Shown: in pieces, positions 34,234 through 44,300 of the stretch | Layout of the letters: each line of letters starts with the position of its first letter | Numbering within the stretch: position 1 is the first letter of the stretch | From: Candidatus Krumholzibacteriota bacterium | GTDB lineage: Bacteria; Krumholzibacteriota; Krumholzibacteriia; JAJRXK01 | Length of the DNA: 64,000 nt | Direction of reading: 5' to 3' | NCBI GenBank assembly: GCA_963764625.1 | Contig: CAVXTH010000009.1 | Location: 992,001 to 1,056,000 of the forward strand | Notes under the pieces: model-generated | What the model was told of the DNA's origin: nothing | Seen by the model: only the letters and a program-made list of their open reading frames with translations | The model's database searches: none | Translations under genes and position numbers: made by a program

Positions 34234-34533
34234 ATGATTCACCATGTGGTATCGAGTAAAACCAACGTCCTGGTGCTCTGCGCCCTCTTGACCTTGACCG
34301 CGCTGACGGTTCTCGTTGCCTATCAGGATCTGGGCAGGATGAACAACGTGGCGGCCATCGGAATCGCCTGCCTCAAGGCCGCTCTCGTCATGTGGTTCTT
34401 CATGCACCTCAAGTTCGCGAGCAATCTGGTGCGCGTCGCGATCGCCACCGGTCTCGTCTTCATGCTCATTCTCTTCGGATTCACGATGGCCGACCTGCTC
34501 ACCCGGGGGATGCTGGGCGTTCCTGGGAAGTGA
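34234..34533 (+). CDS. Cytochrome c oxidase subunit IV (prokaryotic)
   Basis: Three TM helices; IACLKAALVMWFFMHLK. Confidence 0.9.
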   Translation: MIHHVVSSKTNVLVLCALLTLTALTVLVAYQDLGRMNNVAAIGIACLKAALVMWFFMHLKFASNLVRVAIATGLVFMLILFGFTMADLLTRGMLGVPGK

Positions 34534-34546
34534 TCGACGAGGGGGG

Positions 34547-35743
34547 CTAGCTCTTCTGCAGGATGTGGCTCTCCTGCAGATGGGAGAGACACGCATCGAT
34601 GCCTGCCTCGTCCAGGCAGACGCTCAAGCGCACGAAGCCCTTGCCCTGCGGTCCGAATGCGCTCCCGGGCACCGTCAGAACCCCGCTCCGCGCGAAAAGC
34701 TCTTCCTGAAAGCCCAGTTCGTCCTCGCCCCAAGCGGTGGGGATTCTCGCCCAGAGAAAGATCGTGGACGAAGAGGGGGCGAGCTCCCACCCCAATTTGG
34801 ACAAGCCGGCGCAGAGCCGGCCCTGCCGACGTCGCAGGGAATCCCGTTGGTCGGCCAGGAACGCGTCGTCCCCCACATAGGCCGCGGCCAACGCCCGCTG
34901 TAAGGCGAGTGCCGGGGTCGAGCCCAGGTGACTGGCGAGGTGGGTGAGGGTGGAAATGAGGGCCTCGTTTCCGGCGAGGATCGCCGGTCCCCAATCCTGG
35001 AGACGGTGGCTGCACGTGAGAGTGGAAATCTCCACCGCGGATTCGCGCGCGCCGGGAAGCTCGAAGATGGAGCTCGGCAGATGCTTCTCCCGTAGCGCGA
35101 ACTCGCTCCAACGAATCGAAGAGACGAGGGTGATCTCGTGGTCCCGGCAAAGGGCCAAGGCCTCTCGCAGTTGAGAGAGCTCACACACCGTCCCGGTGGG
35201 GTCGTGAGGGTACCCGACGAGGAGAAGCTTGGCCGCCTTGAGAATTTCGTCGTTCAGGTTCTGCCAGCGAGGCAGCCAGGCGTTCTCTTCGTCAAGCGGG
35301 ACGAACTCGATTCTGGCTCGGGCGATCTGGGCGGCGGACGTCCAAGCGGGGGGAGACAAAGCGGGAAGAAGGACGAGATCCCCCGGCTGAAGGAGGCTTC
35401 TCATGAGCAGCTGAAGCGAATCCGGTTCGCTGCCGCGTACGAGGATCTCGGCTCTGGGATCGAGGTGGACCGTGAACCGCCTCTCGTACCACTGCGAAAC
35501 GCCCTCCAGTAGCTCCTCGAGTCCCCTGACCTCGGGGCAGCGCGCCGCGGCGCCGGGTTTGGGTTCCAGGGACTCGATCATCTCCTTGAGCACGTACCCC
35601 GGAGGAGGTCCGGGGGGGCAGTTGAGGCTGAGATCGAAGACTCGCCTCCCCTCCGCCAGCGCCGTGCTCGACTTGGCGTGTAACTGCTCGAAAATGCTGG
35701 GTTCGAGGAGTGGGGAGGCCGGGGGATGGGTGTGCATGGCCAA
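34547..35743 (-). CDS. Class I/II PLP aminotransferase-fold protein (LL-DAP aminotransferase-like) lacking the catalytic residues
   Basis: Colinear with the family (WYERRFTVHLDPRAEIL, YPHDPTG, GVLTVPGSAFGPQGKGFVRLS), but the Schiff-base Lys position reads STLT-C-SH. Confidence 0.8.
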   Translation of the reverse strand: MAMHTHPPASPLLEPSIFEQLHAKSSTALAEGRRVFDLSLNCPPGPPPGYVLKEMIESLEPKPGAAARCPEVRGLEELLEGVSQWYERRFTVHLDPRAEILVRGSEPDSLQLLMRSLLQPGDLVLLPALSPPAWTSAAQIARARIEFVPLDEENAWLPRWQNLNDEILKAAKLLLVGYPHDPTGTVCELSQLREALALCRDHEITLVSSIRWSEFALREKHLPSSIFELPGARESAVEISTLTCSHRLQDWGPAILAGNEALISTLTHLASHLGSTPALALQRALAAAYVGDDAFLADQRDSLRRRQGRLCAGLSKLGWELAPSSSTIFLWARIPTAWGEDELGFQEELFARSGVLTVPGSAFGPQGKGFVRLSVCLDEAGIDACLSHLQESHILQKS

Positions 35744-35820
35744 CTCCTCTCAGGGCGCGAACAAAAGCCGAGTTTCAGGGGCAGACTAGCACACCGAAGG
35801 CCGGCGTCAAACCGTCTCCT

Positions 35821-35876
35821 TTGCTCGTCCGCGCAATTCGTGATACGATTGCACCAAGATATACCCATGGTGTATC
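35821..35876 (+). promoter_or_regulatory. Putative sigma70 promoter with extended -10, plus a downstream inverted repeat
   Basis: TTGCTC, 17 bp spacer, TGa-TACGAT (-10 at 35844-35849). Inverted repeat GATATACC-cat-GGTGTATC at 35858-35876. Confidence 0.5.
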
Positions 35877-35975
35877 AAGTCACCGCTCATTCATGAACTG
35901 CACTCGTTCCTCTCGATTGCCAGGGGAGGAGAGTGCAAGCGGCTCTTGATCGGTGTTGAAATCGAGGCTCCCACA

Positions 35976-36734
35976 ATGAGGTCGACTCCGGTTCGTGCTG
36001 CAGCGGAGCTGCGGCCTGCGACCATGCCGAGTGCCATCGCGTGCCCACGAGTGTGCGAGCACGCGGGATTTGGCAGCTCCTGCCTTTCGAGTTCTCGCTT
36101 GGAGATGATCCTCGACGGCCTCGAGGCGGCCGGGCATCGCTTTCTGGATCTGGACGAATACCGGGCTGCAGTGGAGGGCTTGCGGGAAGCCCCCGACGGT
36201 CTCCTGCTCACCTTCGATCACGGCGAGGTCGAATTCCTCGAATCGACACTTCCCATCCTCCGGCAACGGGGTATTCCCTCGGTTCTCTTCCTTGCCATCG
36301 CCTCGGTGGGCCGGGTCACGAGCCGAGGATTCGGCCCGCTCAGACAGCAACATCGACAGCTTTCGTGGTCACAACTTCGAAGGCTCATCGGGGCCGGGGT
36401 GCGCGTGCAGTCGGCCGGTTTCGAGTCCGTGGGCTTGGGAAGGATGACCCTCGAGGTCGAGTACGGAGATCTCATCCGCTCGCGTCGGGAGCTGGAGCGA
36501 CGTCTCCAAGAGGTAGCGGTGGCGTTGAAATATCCGGAGCCCGCCATCGACGAGAGAATGGCCGATCTCGCCCGCCGCGCCGGATTCGTAATGGCCTTCG
36601 GTTCGGCGAAGGATGGAGTGGTGGAACCGCTCTTCAGTCTCGGGCGGATTTCCCTGCGCCGCACGGATTCGGCCAAGTCCGTTCTCAGCCGGATTGCCGA
36701 CCGAAAGCCCAGCTTTCTAGCGGTGCGCGCCTGA
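35976..36734 (+). CDS. Polysaccharide deacetylase (NodB/CE4)-fold protein lacking the metal ligands; start uncertain
   Basis: GHRFLDLDE, LLLTFDHG, LPILRQRGIP, LSWSQLRRL, LIRSRRELERRL and RRAGF..AF match the IcaB/PgaB-like CE4 layout, but the catalytic motifs are altered. Confidence 0.72.
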   Translation: MRSTPVRAAAELRPATMPSAIACPRVCEHAGFGSSCLSSSRLEMILDGLEAAGHRFLDLDEYRAAVEGLREAPDGLLLTFDHGEVEFLESTLPILRQRGIPSVLFLAIASVGRVTSRGFGPLRQQHRQLSWSQLRRLIGAGVRVQSAGFESVGLGRMTLEVEYGDLIRSRRELERRLQEVAVALKYPEPAIDERMADLARRAGFVMAFGSAKDGVVEPLFSLGRISLRRTDSAKSVLSRIADRKPSFLAVRA

Positions 36735-36735
36735 A

Positions 36736-37818
36736 CTATTTCTGGTCTTTCAAAGTGAGTTGGTAGTCGTCGGATCCGATCCGCCGATACTCGAATTGCG
36801 CGAGCCCGCCCTCTTGCCAGGAGCGGTAGAGCGGAGTGTCCAAAGAGCTCAGAGTCGGCGGATATTCCGATTTGGACTCGTGGTAGAGCGCCAGCGAGTG
36901 TTCGACTCGAGTCTTCAGCTCTTCCCTCTGAAATGCTTGCTCGCGCTGCAAGGCCGCCGTCGTGCGTTGGGCGTACGAGCTCATGGGAGAAAGCCACCAA
37001 CTCGCGGCGAGCGCCGCGAGGGAGAGGACCAAGAGAAAGAGGGCGGAGAGCGAGACCGAGCGGGTGCTCTCCTGAGGGGTGGCGCTCTCGATTTCGCTCA
37101 TCGGCGCCTGGGGAAGATCGAGAACCCGAATCAGATCGAGATCGCGCAACATCTCGAGGGTTTGCAGCACGTCGAAATGAGAGATCCTGCCCGTGGCTTC
37201 GATGCGCCCGACGGTGGACTCTTCGCCGATGAGGTGGAGTATGTTCTTGGGTCGATGCCCAATGGGAAGCCCTTCCACCTCCTTCTCCGTTCTACGAAGC
37301 CGAACGTCGCCGTCGAAGTAGCGTTCCTCGAGAGTCGCGATCTCGTCGATGCGACGGGCCGCCTCCATGAGGAGCCCTTCCACCTTGACGCGAATACGGG
37401 CACGGACTCCGTGGAGCAACTCGCGTCCGGATTGGAAGTGATAGCGTCCGTCACGCAGCAGCATCCCCTTGAAGATGTGTTCTTGCGCGACGTCGAGCTG
37501 CACGCGCAAGAGCTCTTCCGGGCTCATATGTCCTTCATTGATGATGATCTCGGTAAAATCGAGGTCGCTGTTGGTCTGGATGAACTTGAGATGTTCCCAG
37601 TTTTCCGCGGTGAAGAATCCGTAGTTCTTCAAGTACGCCTGAAGAGGGTCCGGAGCTGCGCCGCGTCGATCGCGGTAGCCGACCAATTCCCCGCTCTCGA
37701 AATAGAGAACCATGGGGTAGGAAGCTTCTACGGTCAGAACGCCGGTTTTCTGCTGCAGCGCGATCAGCTGGAGAATTTCCTCCAGCGTGAAATCATTGAG
37801 ACGCCCTTCCAGTGCCAT
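36736..37818 (-). CDS. DUF4388 (PATAN-like) domain membrane protein
   Basis: MALEGRLNDFTLEEILQLIALQQKTGVLTV and GLLMEAARRIDE signatures; TM helix near the C-terminus. Confidence 0.85.
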   Translation of the reverse strand: MALEGRLNDFTLEEILQLIALQQKTGVLTVEASYPMVLYFESGELVGYRDRRGAAPDPLQAYLKNYGFFTAENWEHLKFIQTNSDLDFTEIIINEGHMSPEELLRVQLDVAQEHIFKGMLLRDGRYHFQSGRELLHGVRARIRVKVEGLLMEAARRIDEIATLEERYFDGDVRLRRTEKEVEGLPIGHRPKNILHLIGEESTVGRIEATGRISHFDVLQTLEMLRDLDLIRVLDLPQAPMSEIESATPQESTRSVSLSALFLLVLSLAALAASWWLSPMSSYAQRTTAALQREQAFQREELKTRVEHSLALYHESKSEYPPTLSSLDTPLYRSWQEGGLAQFEYRRIGSDDYQLTLKDQK

Positions 37819-37831
37819 TGAGCCTACCTCG

Positions 37832-39754
37832 TCAGATTCTCATCTGCTTCTCGCTGCGACCGTCCATGAGATCGGCCAGCCGCACCATGCTCGCAGGATG
37901 AAGATGGAAGCTCCGGCTGCGCCAGGTGGAGCGGCCGAAACGGGAATAGACATAGAGGAGAATCAACCCCGCGGCGCCGAGAATTCGAGGAAGCGCGAGC
38001 AAGGGGATGTGATGAATGGGTTGCCACGGATCGTTCAAGAGTCCCCCGGGGCACAGGATGCCGAAGAAGCAGCAGGCGCTGAGAAGGGTGAGAGCGATTC
38101 CGCGCTTCCGCAGACCGGTATACACATCACCCGCGCCGATGAACCAGTTGTTGAGTCGGCGAACTCGAGCACGGAAGGTGAACTCGGTGGAGCGGCGGCG
38201 ATTTCGCAAGAGCGTGCTGAGCACCATCTCGGAGCGGGCCCGGCGAGCCGTGCCGTAGCACGCGGGACAAAAGACGTTTCCGTCATGCTCACCGCTGCAC
38301 CTGGGACAACTCAGTCGGCCACAGTTCGCGCATTCGTAGACGAGCTTCTCGCGGGGAAACACCTTCATCAGGAGCAGGCACAGCGCGAGCGTCACGACTA
38401 GCCAGACATGGATGAAATCAGTGGGGACGCCCAGCCACTTGCTCCAGGGGGCGATGAAATCGAAGGGCCTGAGGTCTTTCTTCTCGTGCCAGGCCATGAC
38501 CCACGAACTCCAGGCGCTGGGCGACTGATAGTACACGGCTCCGGTGGGGAGACGTACTCCGCTGCTTCCCAGCTCGAAACCCGCACGAGAAGCTCGCTGC
38601 ATGTGGTCCCCGCTCTCCTTGAAGAAGAGCTTCTTGATGTACGCCTGAGCCAGGTTGTAGTGGGTCGACCCCTGGAGGGAGTCCAGGGCCGCGCTGTGCT
38701 GATACCCCGCGACTGCACGATCGTAGTCCCCCCGGAAGTAGTGGTCGTTCGCCAGATTGTTCGTTGCCTTCGGGTCGTTGGGACGCAGGGTGAGAACCTG
38801 CTGGAAATCCGCGGCGCTCTGGGAGAATCGAGCCTGCCGCGCACGCAAGAGGCCGCGCGCGAAGTAGAGGTCGGCGTCCTTGGGGTTCTGCCGCAGCGCT
38901 TCGTCCAACACGCGTTCCAGGCTGGAGTCGGGACTCTCCTGGGTGGCGCGCTGGATCAAACTGGTCCGGCTGGTTTCCCTCACGCCCACCAAGGGGGTGG
39001 AAAAGGTCCCCAGGAAACCCTGGGCCGAAAAGAACAGCAGAAAAGCGGCCACGAAAGCGCGTTCGCGCCGCCCGCCGTAGAGCCAGACGAGAAAAGCGGC
39101 CACGCACAGGCTCGGCAAGACTCCCAGCCCCATAAGGAGAGGAGCGAGCACCGGGATCCAGAGAAACCAGCCTCCGCTCTCCACGTGGCGAGAGCCCTGG
39201 GTGAGGCTCCGCAGCTGGTGATGGAAGAACGGCAAGTAACGCAGGAGCAGAACGAGGAGGATCCAGGCCAAGCTGGCGGCCAGAATCAGATCCGCCACCA
39301 GGAGAATCTGCGAGGCCAAGCGGCTCTGATCGCGGAACCCATGCAAGCTGGTCTGGGCGCCCTCCAGCAGGTCCGTGAGAAAGGCCGGATTCGAACTCTT
39401 CAAATGCACACGGGCCAGAGCGAACCACGCACTGGCATTGGATGCATCGGCCACGGTCGCGCGATCGAGCCTTTCCTCGGCCAGCGTGGCCTTTCCCGCC
39501 TCCAGCTCGAGCGTGCCCTGACGGACCAGAAGCCGCGATTGGACGGGCCGCCGGGCCCAGGACTGAACGATCGGATCCCAGTTGGTCTGATCCGTTGAAT
39601 CCACGGACTGCGGGGCGGTAGGCGGCAAGTTTTCATCCGCCGCCCAGGAGGGCAGGGAACTCGACACGAGCAGGACGAGGAGCAGCGAACCAAGCGCCCC
39701 GAGCAGTGGTTGGTCCGTGCGCAGACGTCCAAAGCGCCAGAAGGATCGGTTCAC
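37832..39754 (-). CDS. TPR-repeat multi-pass membrane protein with a Cys-rich Zn-finger
   Basis: Signal peptide (probable GTG start 39754 with AAGAGG RBS), TPRs (ADLYFARGLL, KATNNLANDHYFRGDYDRA, THYNLAQAY), several TM helices, and CANCGRLSCPRC..FCPAC. Confidence 0.8.
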   Translation of the reverse strand: MNRSFWRFGRLRTDQPLLGALGSLLLVLLVSSSLPSWAADENLPPTAPQSVDSTDQTNWDPIVQSWARRPVQSRLLVRQGTLELEAGKATLAEERLDRATVADASNASAWFALARVHLKSSNPAFLTDLLEGAQTSLHGFRDQSRLASQILLVADLILAASLAWILLVLLLRYLPFFHHQLRSLTQGSRHVESGGWFLWIPVLAPLLMGLGVLPSLCVAAFLVWLYGGRRERAFVAAFLLFFSAQGFLGTFSTPLVGVRETSRTSLIQRATQESPDSSLERVLDEALRQNPKDADLYFARGLLRARQARFSQSAADFQQVLTLRPNDPKATNNLANDHYFRGDYDRAVAGYQHSAALDSLQGSTHYNLAQAYIKKLFFKESGDHMQRASRAGFELGSSGVRLPTGAVYYQSPSAWSSWVMAWHEKKDLRPFDFIAPWSKWLGVPTDFIHVWLVVTLALCLLLMKVFPREKLVYECANCGRLSCPRCSGEHDGNVFCPACYGTARRARSEMVLSTLLRNRRRSTEFTFRARVRRLNNWFIGAGDVYTGLRKRGIALTLLSACCFFGILCPGGLLNDPWQPIHHIPLLALPRILGAAGLILLYVYSRFGRSTWRSRSFHLHPASMVRLADLMDGRSEKQMRI

Positions 39755-39938
39755 GTGCGCGCCTCTTGGGTGCGTGGTTCTCAGTGGGCCCTCATTGACA
39801 CAGATTACCCGCGATTTCTCCGCAAGGATTGTGCCGTCCCGGCCGACCCTCCACGGGCCACGGCCGCCGGTATCGGGGCCCCACGGGCGTCGCGGGGCTC
39901 GCAAATCGCGTTGAGGCCGGGGCGGGGGGGAGGCGCAG

Positions 39939-39967
39939 TTGTCGGTCTCGCGGTGAGGTCCTATACT
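39939..39967 (+). promoter_or_regulatory. Putative sigma70 promoter of asnS
   Basis: TTGTCG, 17 bp spacer, TATACT, about 55 nt upstream of the asnS ATG. Confidence 0.6.
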
Positions 39968-40023
39968 CCTGCGTTCCGCGCGGAAGCGGCCGGCCCGCGC
40001 AGCTCTACGGGGAGGACGCGACG

Positions 40024-41322
40024 ATGCAAGCTCAGCTTTGGATCAGTGAGATCGCCAAGAGCGAGGGCCAGGAGGCCCTCGTCAGAGGGTGGGTCTATCA
40101 TCTACGGGGAATGAAGAAGCTGGTGTTCATCGTCTTGCGTGACGGCACCGGACTTCTCCAGGTGGTGGCGGCCAAGAGTGAGGTGGAAGACGAGATCTTC
40201 GAGAGGGCGTTGAATCTCACGCAGGAGACCGCGGTGGAGATTCAGGGAACGGTTACCGCCGATGAGCGCGCCCCCGGCGGATACGAGATGCAGTTGCGCA
40301 CGCTGAAGATCATCGGCGAAAGCGCCGACTATCCGATCACGCCGAAAGAACACGGCACCTCGTTCCTGATGGACCACCGGCATCTCTGGTTGCGCAGCAA
40401 GAAGCAACATGCGCTCATGAAGGTGCGTCACACCGTCATCACCGCGATCCGCGATTTCTTCGACGGTGAGGGCTTCACCCTCATCGACGCGCCCATCTTC
40501 ACTCCGAACGCGTGCGAAGGAACGAGCACTCTGTTCGAAACCGAATATTTCGGCGACAAGGCCTATCTGACGCAGAGTGGCCAACTCTACATGGAGGCGG
40601 CGGCGGCCGCGTTCGGAAAGGCCTACTGCTTCGGTCCCACCTTTCGGGCCGAGCGAAGCAAGACGCGTCGGCATCTCACGGAGTTCTGGATGGTTGAACC
40701 CGAAGTGGCGTTCGCTCGACTCGATGAAGTGATGGAACTGCAGGAACGGTTCGTCTGCTACGTGGTCGCGCGCGCGCTTCAAGAGCGTGGAGATCTGCTC
40801 GAGGAGGTTCTCGAACGCGATCTGAGCAAACTCGAGGCGGTGAAGCCTCCGTTCCAACGTCTGCACTACGACGACGCGGTGAAGATGCTGCAGGCGGGCG
40901 GAATCGAGTTCGAGTGGGGTGGCGATTTTGGGGCTCCCGACGAATCCTACCTGGCCGACTTGCACGACCGTCCTTTCTTCGTGCACCGCTTTCCCGCGGC
41001 CATCAAGGCCTTCTACATGGCGCCGGATCCGCTCGATCCACGCCTCTCTCTCTCGGTGGACCTTCTCGCGCCGGAAGGTTACGGCGAAATCATCGGCGGA
41101 GGAGAACGCAGCGCTGACCTGGAGTTTCTCCTCCGGCAGATCGAAATCCACAAACTCCCCAAGGCGGCCTTCGAGTGGTATCTCGATCTACGCCGCTACG
41201 GCAGCTTCCCCCATGGGGGATTCGGTTTGGGTCTGGAACGGATGGTGACCTATATCGCGGGGGTGCCCCATCTGCGCGAGACCATTCCCTTCCCGCGGCA
41301 GATTCATCGACTCTCTCCCTGA
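40024..41322 (+). CDS. asnS: Asparagine--tRNA ligase
   Basis: LRDGTG OB-fold, [50 protein letters not shown]. Confidence 0.96.
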   Translation: MQAQLWISEIAKSEGQEALVRGWVYHLRGMKKLVFIVLRDGTGLLQVVAAKSEVEDEIFERALNLTQETAVEIQGTVTADERAPGGYEMQLRTLKIIGESADYPITPKEHGTSFLMDHRHLWLRSKKQHALMKVRHTVITAIRDFFDGEGFTLIDAPIFTPNACEGTSTLFETEYFGDKAYLTQSGQLYMEAAAAAFGKAYCFGPTFRAERSKTRRHLTEFWMVEPEVAFARLDEVMELQERFVCYVVARALQERGDLLEEVLERDLSKLEAVKPPFQRLHYDDAVKMLQAGGIEFEWGGDFGAPDESYLADLHDRPFFVHRFPAAIKAFYMAPDPLDPRLSLSVDLLAPEGYGEIIGGGERSADLEFLLRQIEIHKLPKAAFEWYLDLRRYGSFPHGGFGLGLERMVTYIAGVPHLRETIPFPRQIHRLSP

Positions 41323-41342
41323 GGCGCTCGGCTGGAGGACTC

Positions 41343-44300
41343 ATGTCTTGCACCTTTTCCAATTGCGCGATCGGTTTTGTCGCCGGTGTGCTTCTGTTCT
41401 TCACCACGACCAACGCGAGAGCCGAGAATCAAGTGGCGGGAAGCGAGCTCGGCGCCGAAGCCAAGAGCGAGTCGCTGAGCAACAATTCCACTTCGCTGAG
41501 CGCAGACCGGGACTGGCAATTCGTGAAGCGGCTGCGCGACGACGGAATGGAAGACGTAGCCGCGCGCCAGTTGCTCGAGTTCGCGAAGAACTACCCTCGC
41601 GATCCCCGGGCCGCCTCAGCTCTCTTGCAGGCAGCGAGCGTCTACCGCCACTTGGGTCAGCCGGTGGGTGCTCTGAAGGCCTACGATGAACTGCTGACCC
41701 ATTTCCCCTCGTCTGCGCAGGCCGAGAGCGCGCTCCTGGAGAAGGGGGCTCTGCTCGCGGAAGGTAAGCGCAACCAGGAGGCGGCCGAGGCCTATCGCAG
41801 TCTGCTCACTTCGTTTCCCGCAAGCGACCAGGCAGATGCGGCGCGCCTCGGGCTGGGCGAGGCGGTGATGGCCTTGAATCAGGGCGAGGAGGCCGAGCGC
41901 CTCTTCCGTTCTCTCGTGGGTGGTCGCGCCGCGCCGCCGCTCGCGGCGAGAGCGCGCTTCGATCTTGGGGTGCTCGCCCAGAAGGCGGGGGAGGACAGCC
42001 TTGCCATCGCGCAGTTCGATGCGGTGCACACGAGCTATCCCGGTGAGGTCGTGGGCGCATTCGGTTTGCTCCGTTCTGCCGAGTTGCTTCGCGATCGAGA
42101 AGCGCCTCAGGCCGCGCGCGACCATTACCAGATGGTCCTCCGCAAGTACTCCGATCCCTACCTGCAGGCGCGCGCGCATCTGGGTTTGGCCATCCTTGAC
42201 GAGGCGGCGCAGTCGTGGGAGGACGCGGCGAAACGCTTTCGCGCGGTGGCCGATCACGGGGGCACTCCCGAACAAGTGCAACAGTCCCTGCTGGGGTTGG
42301 GGGAATGTGAGCTGCGGGCGGGAAACTCCAAGCCGGCCAGGGAGGCGGCCAATGCCTTCCTGGAGAAGTACCCCGACGCCCCGGGTGCCCCACGGGCGCA
42401 CTTGATTCTGGCACGGGCAGACTCGAAGGACGGCAAAGAGGGGGCGAAAGACGAACTTCTGTCCCTCGCCGCGAGCTCCGATTCCACCGTGGCCTTCACG
42501 GCGCTGTCCAGCTTGGCGACGGCGATCGAGAGCGCGAAGGAGCCGCAGGAGCACGACTTCGCCAAAGCCCGCGATTTCTGGCGCCGGGCCGCCGCCGTGG
42601 CCCCCAGCGATTCCGAGCGTTCGTCTGCCCTGGCCAAGGCCGCTTTGATCACCAGTGACAAGATGAAGCGCCATGCGCTGGCGGCCGATCTCTACGACGA
42701 AGCAGCCGCGGTCGAGCCGGAGGACGCGACCCAGGCGCAATACCTCTTTCTGGAAGAAGAGCAGCTGCGCGCCGCGGACGAAAGCGAGCGCGCGAAGCAG
42801 GTCGCCCAGATCGTGATCCGCCAGCATCCCATGAGCGCACAGGCCGCGATGCTCAGAGAGCAACTCGAGGTCGACGAGCGGCGCGTGCACCAGGATCTTC
42901 CCGAAGCAGTTCGCCGCCTGAGCCAACTTGCGCTCGCAAGCGATGAGGACCTTTCCACGCGCCGCATGGCGGTGGGGGTCGTTCTCCGACAATACGCAGG
43001 GGACCCGGCTTCAGCGGCACAGATCCTGAAGGAGGCAGTGGCGGCCGCTTCCGACTCCGCGGGAGCGGCGCGCGCGTCCCTTCAGTTGGGAAGGAGCTGG
43101 CAAGACCTAGCGCTCGTTACCCTGCTCGATTCTCCCTCGAGCTCTTCGTGGAAAGAGGACTGGAGCCGCGCGCGCAAGGCCTACTCTCTCGCGGCCGCCT
43201 ATGCGCCGAGAGCCGCGGTAGGGAGTGCCGCCCGAGCCTCGCTTTTGAAGTTGGATCTGGCGCAGGCGGCGCAGGCGGAATCTCCTCCGCTCTTCGACGC
43301 CGAATTCACCCCCCTGTTGGGCGGGTACGGGGCACAGGAGGCGCTCGATCTGAGCGGAGGGGCGTGGTCCCCCATCGCGGCCCGAATCCGCGAGGCGGTG
43401 CAGGATGGCTCCTCGGGAGAGGCGAAAGCCTGGTTCCTGTGGCGTGACGCCGAGCTCTCGCATGCGATCGCGGACTCCCAGCGCGTGGTCTGGCTGAAGC
43501 AGGCCCTGTCGGAGAAAGTCTCGCCGATGCGGGAGTGGACCCTACGGTATTCCCTGGCCTGGTTCTACCATCGGACGGGAGCCGACGATGAGGCGGCGAC
43601 TCAACTGCGACGGATCATGGATGCGCCCGACTCGGGAAATTTGGGTTTGGCGGCCCGCTATCTCATGGCAGAAATCCAACGCGGAAAGCAGCACTTCGCC
43701 GCGGCCAAGAGCCTCTACGAATCCTACGCTCTCGCGTTTCCGCAAACGCAACTCGGCCAGCGCTCGCTTCTGCTTGCGGGAGACATGGCTCTTTACGGAG
43801 GAGACTCCGACGCAGCGGCTACCGCCTATCGCGCGCTGCTCGAGCGCTACCCGAAGGGCAACTACACCGACGACGCGAACTACCGCCTCGCGACGGCACA
43901 GATGCGCCGGGGCAGACTCGAAGATGCTCGCCGCCGGTTCCAGGAGTTGGCGAAGGAGAATTCCCAGAGCCGCTACGCGGGACGAAGTCTGCTCAAACTC
44001 TCGCAGCTGGAGAGCAGTGCCGGTCACGACAGTCTCGCGACCGATGCGCTTGCGCGCCTGAGTGCTCTCGATCCGGAGCTCGCGCAGAAGGAAGATGTCT
44101 TCCGTACTCTGGCCGAGCTTCAACTCAAGCGGAATCGGCCGGATTCGGCGCTGCGCTGGTTGGACCGCTTCCAGGAGGATCCGCCGAGAGCGCGGACCCT
44201 GGCGCTTCGGGTGAGGGCCCTCGCTCTGCAGGGAAAGCTCAAGGAAGCGGGGGAGCGGCTCTCAAGCCTCAGCGAAGGGTATCCCGAGGCAGGAGCTCTC

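Noticed and set aside
39968-40023. T-box leader upstream of asnS
   Set aside because: The predicted leader is about 50 nt, with no T-box sequence or terminator.
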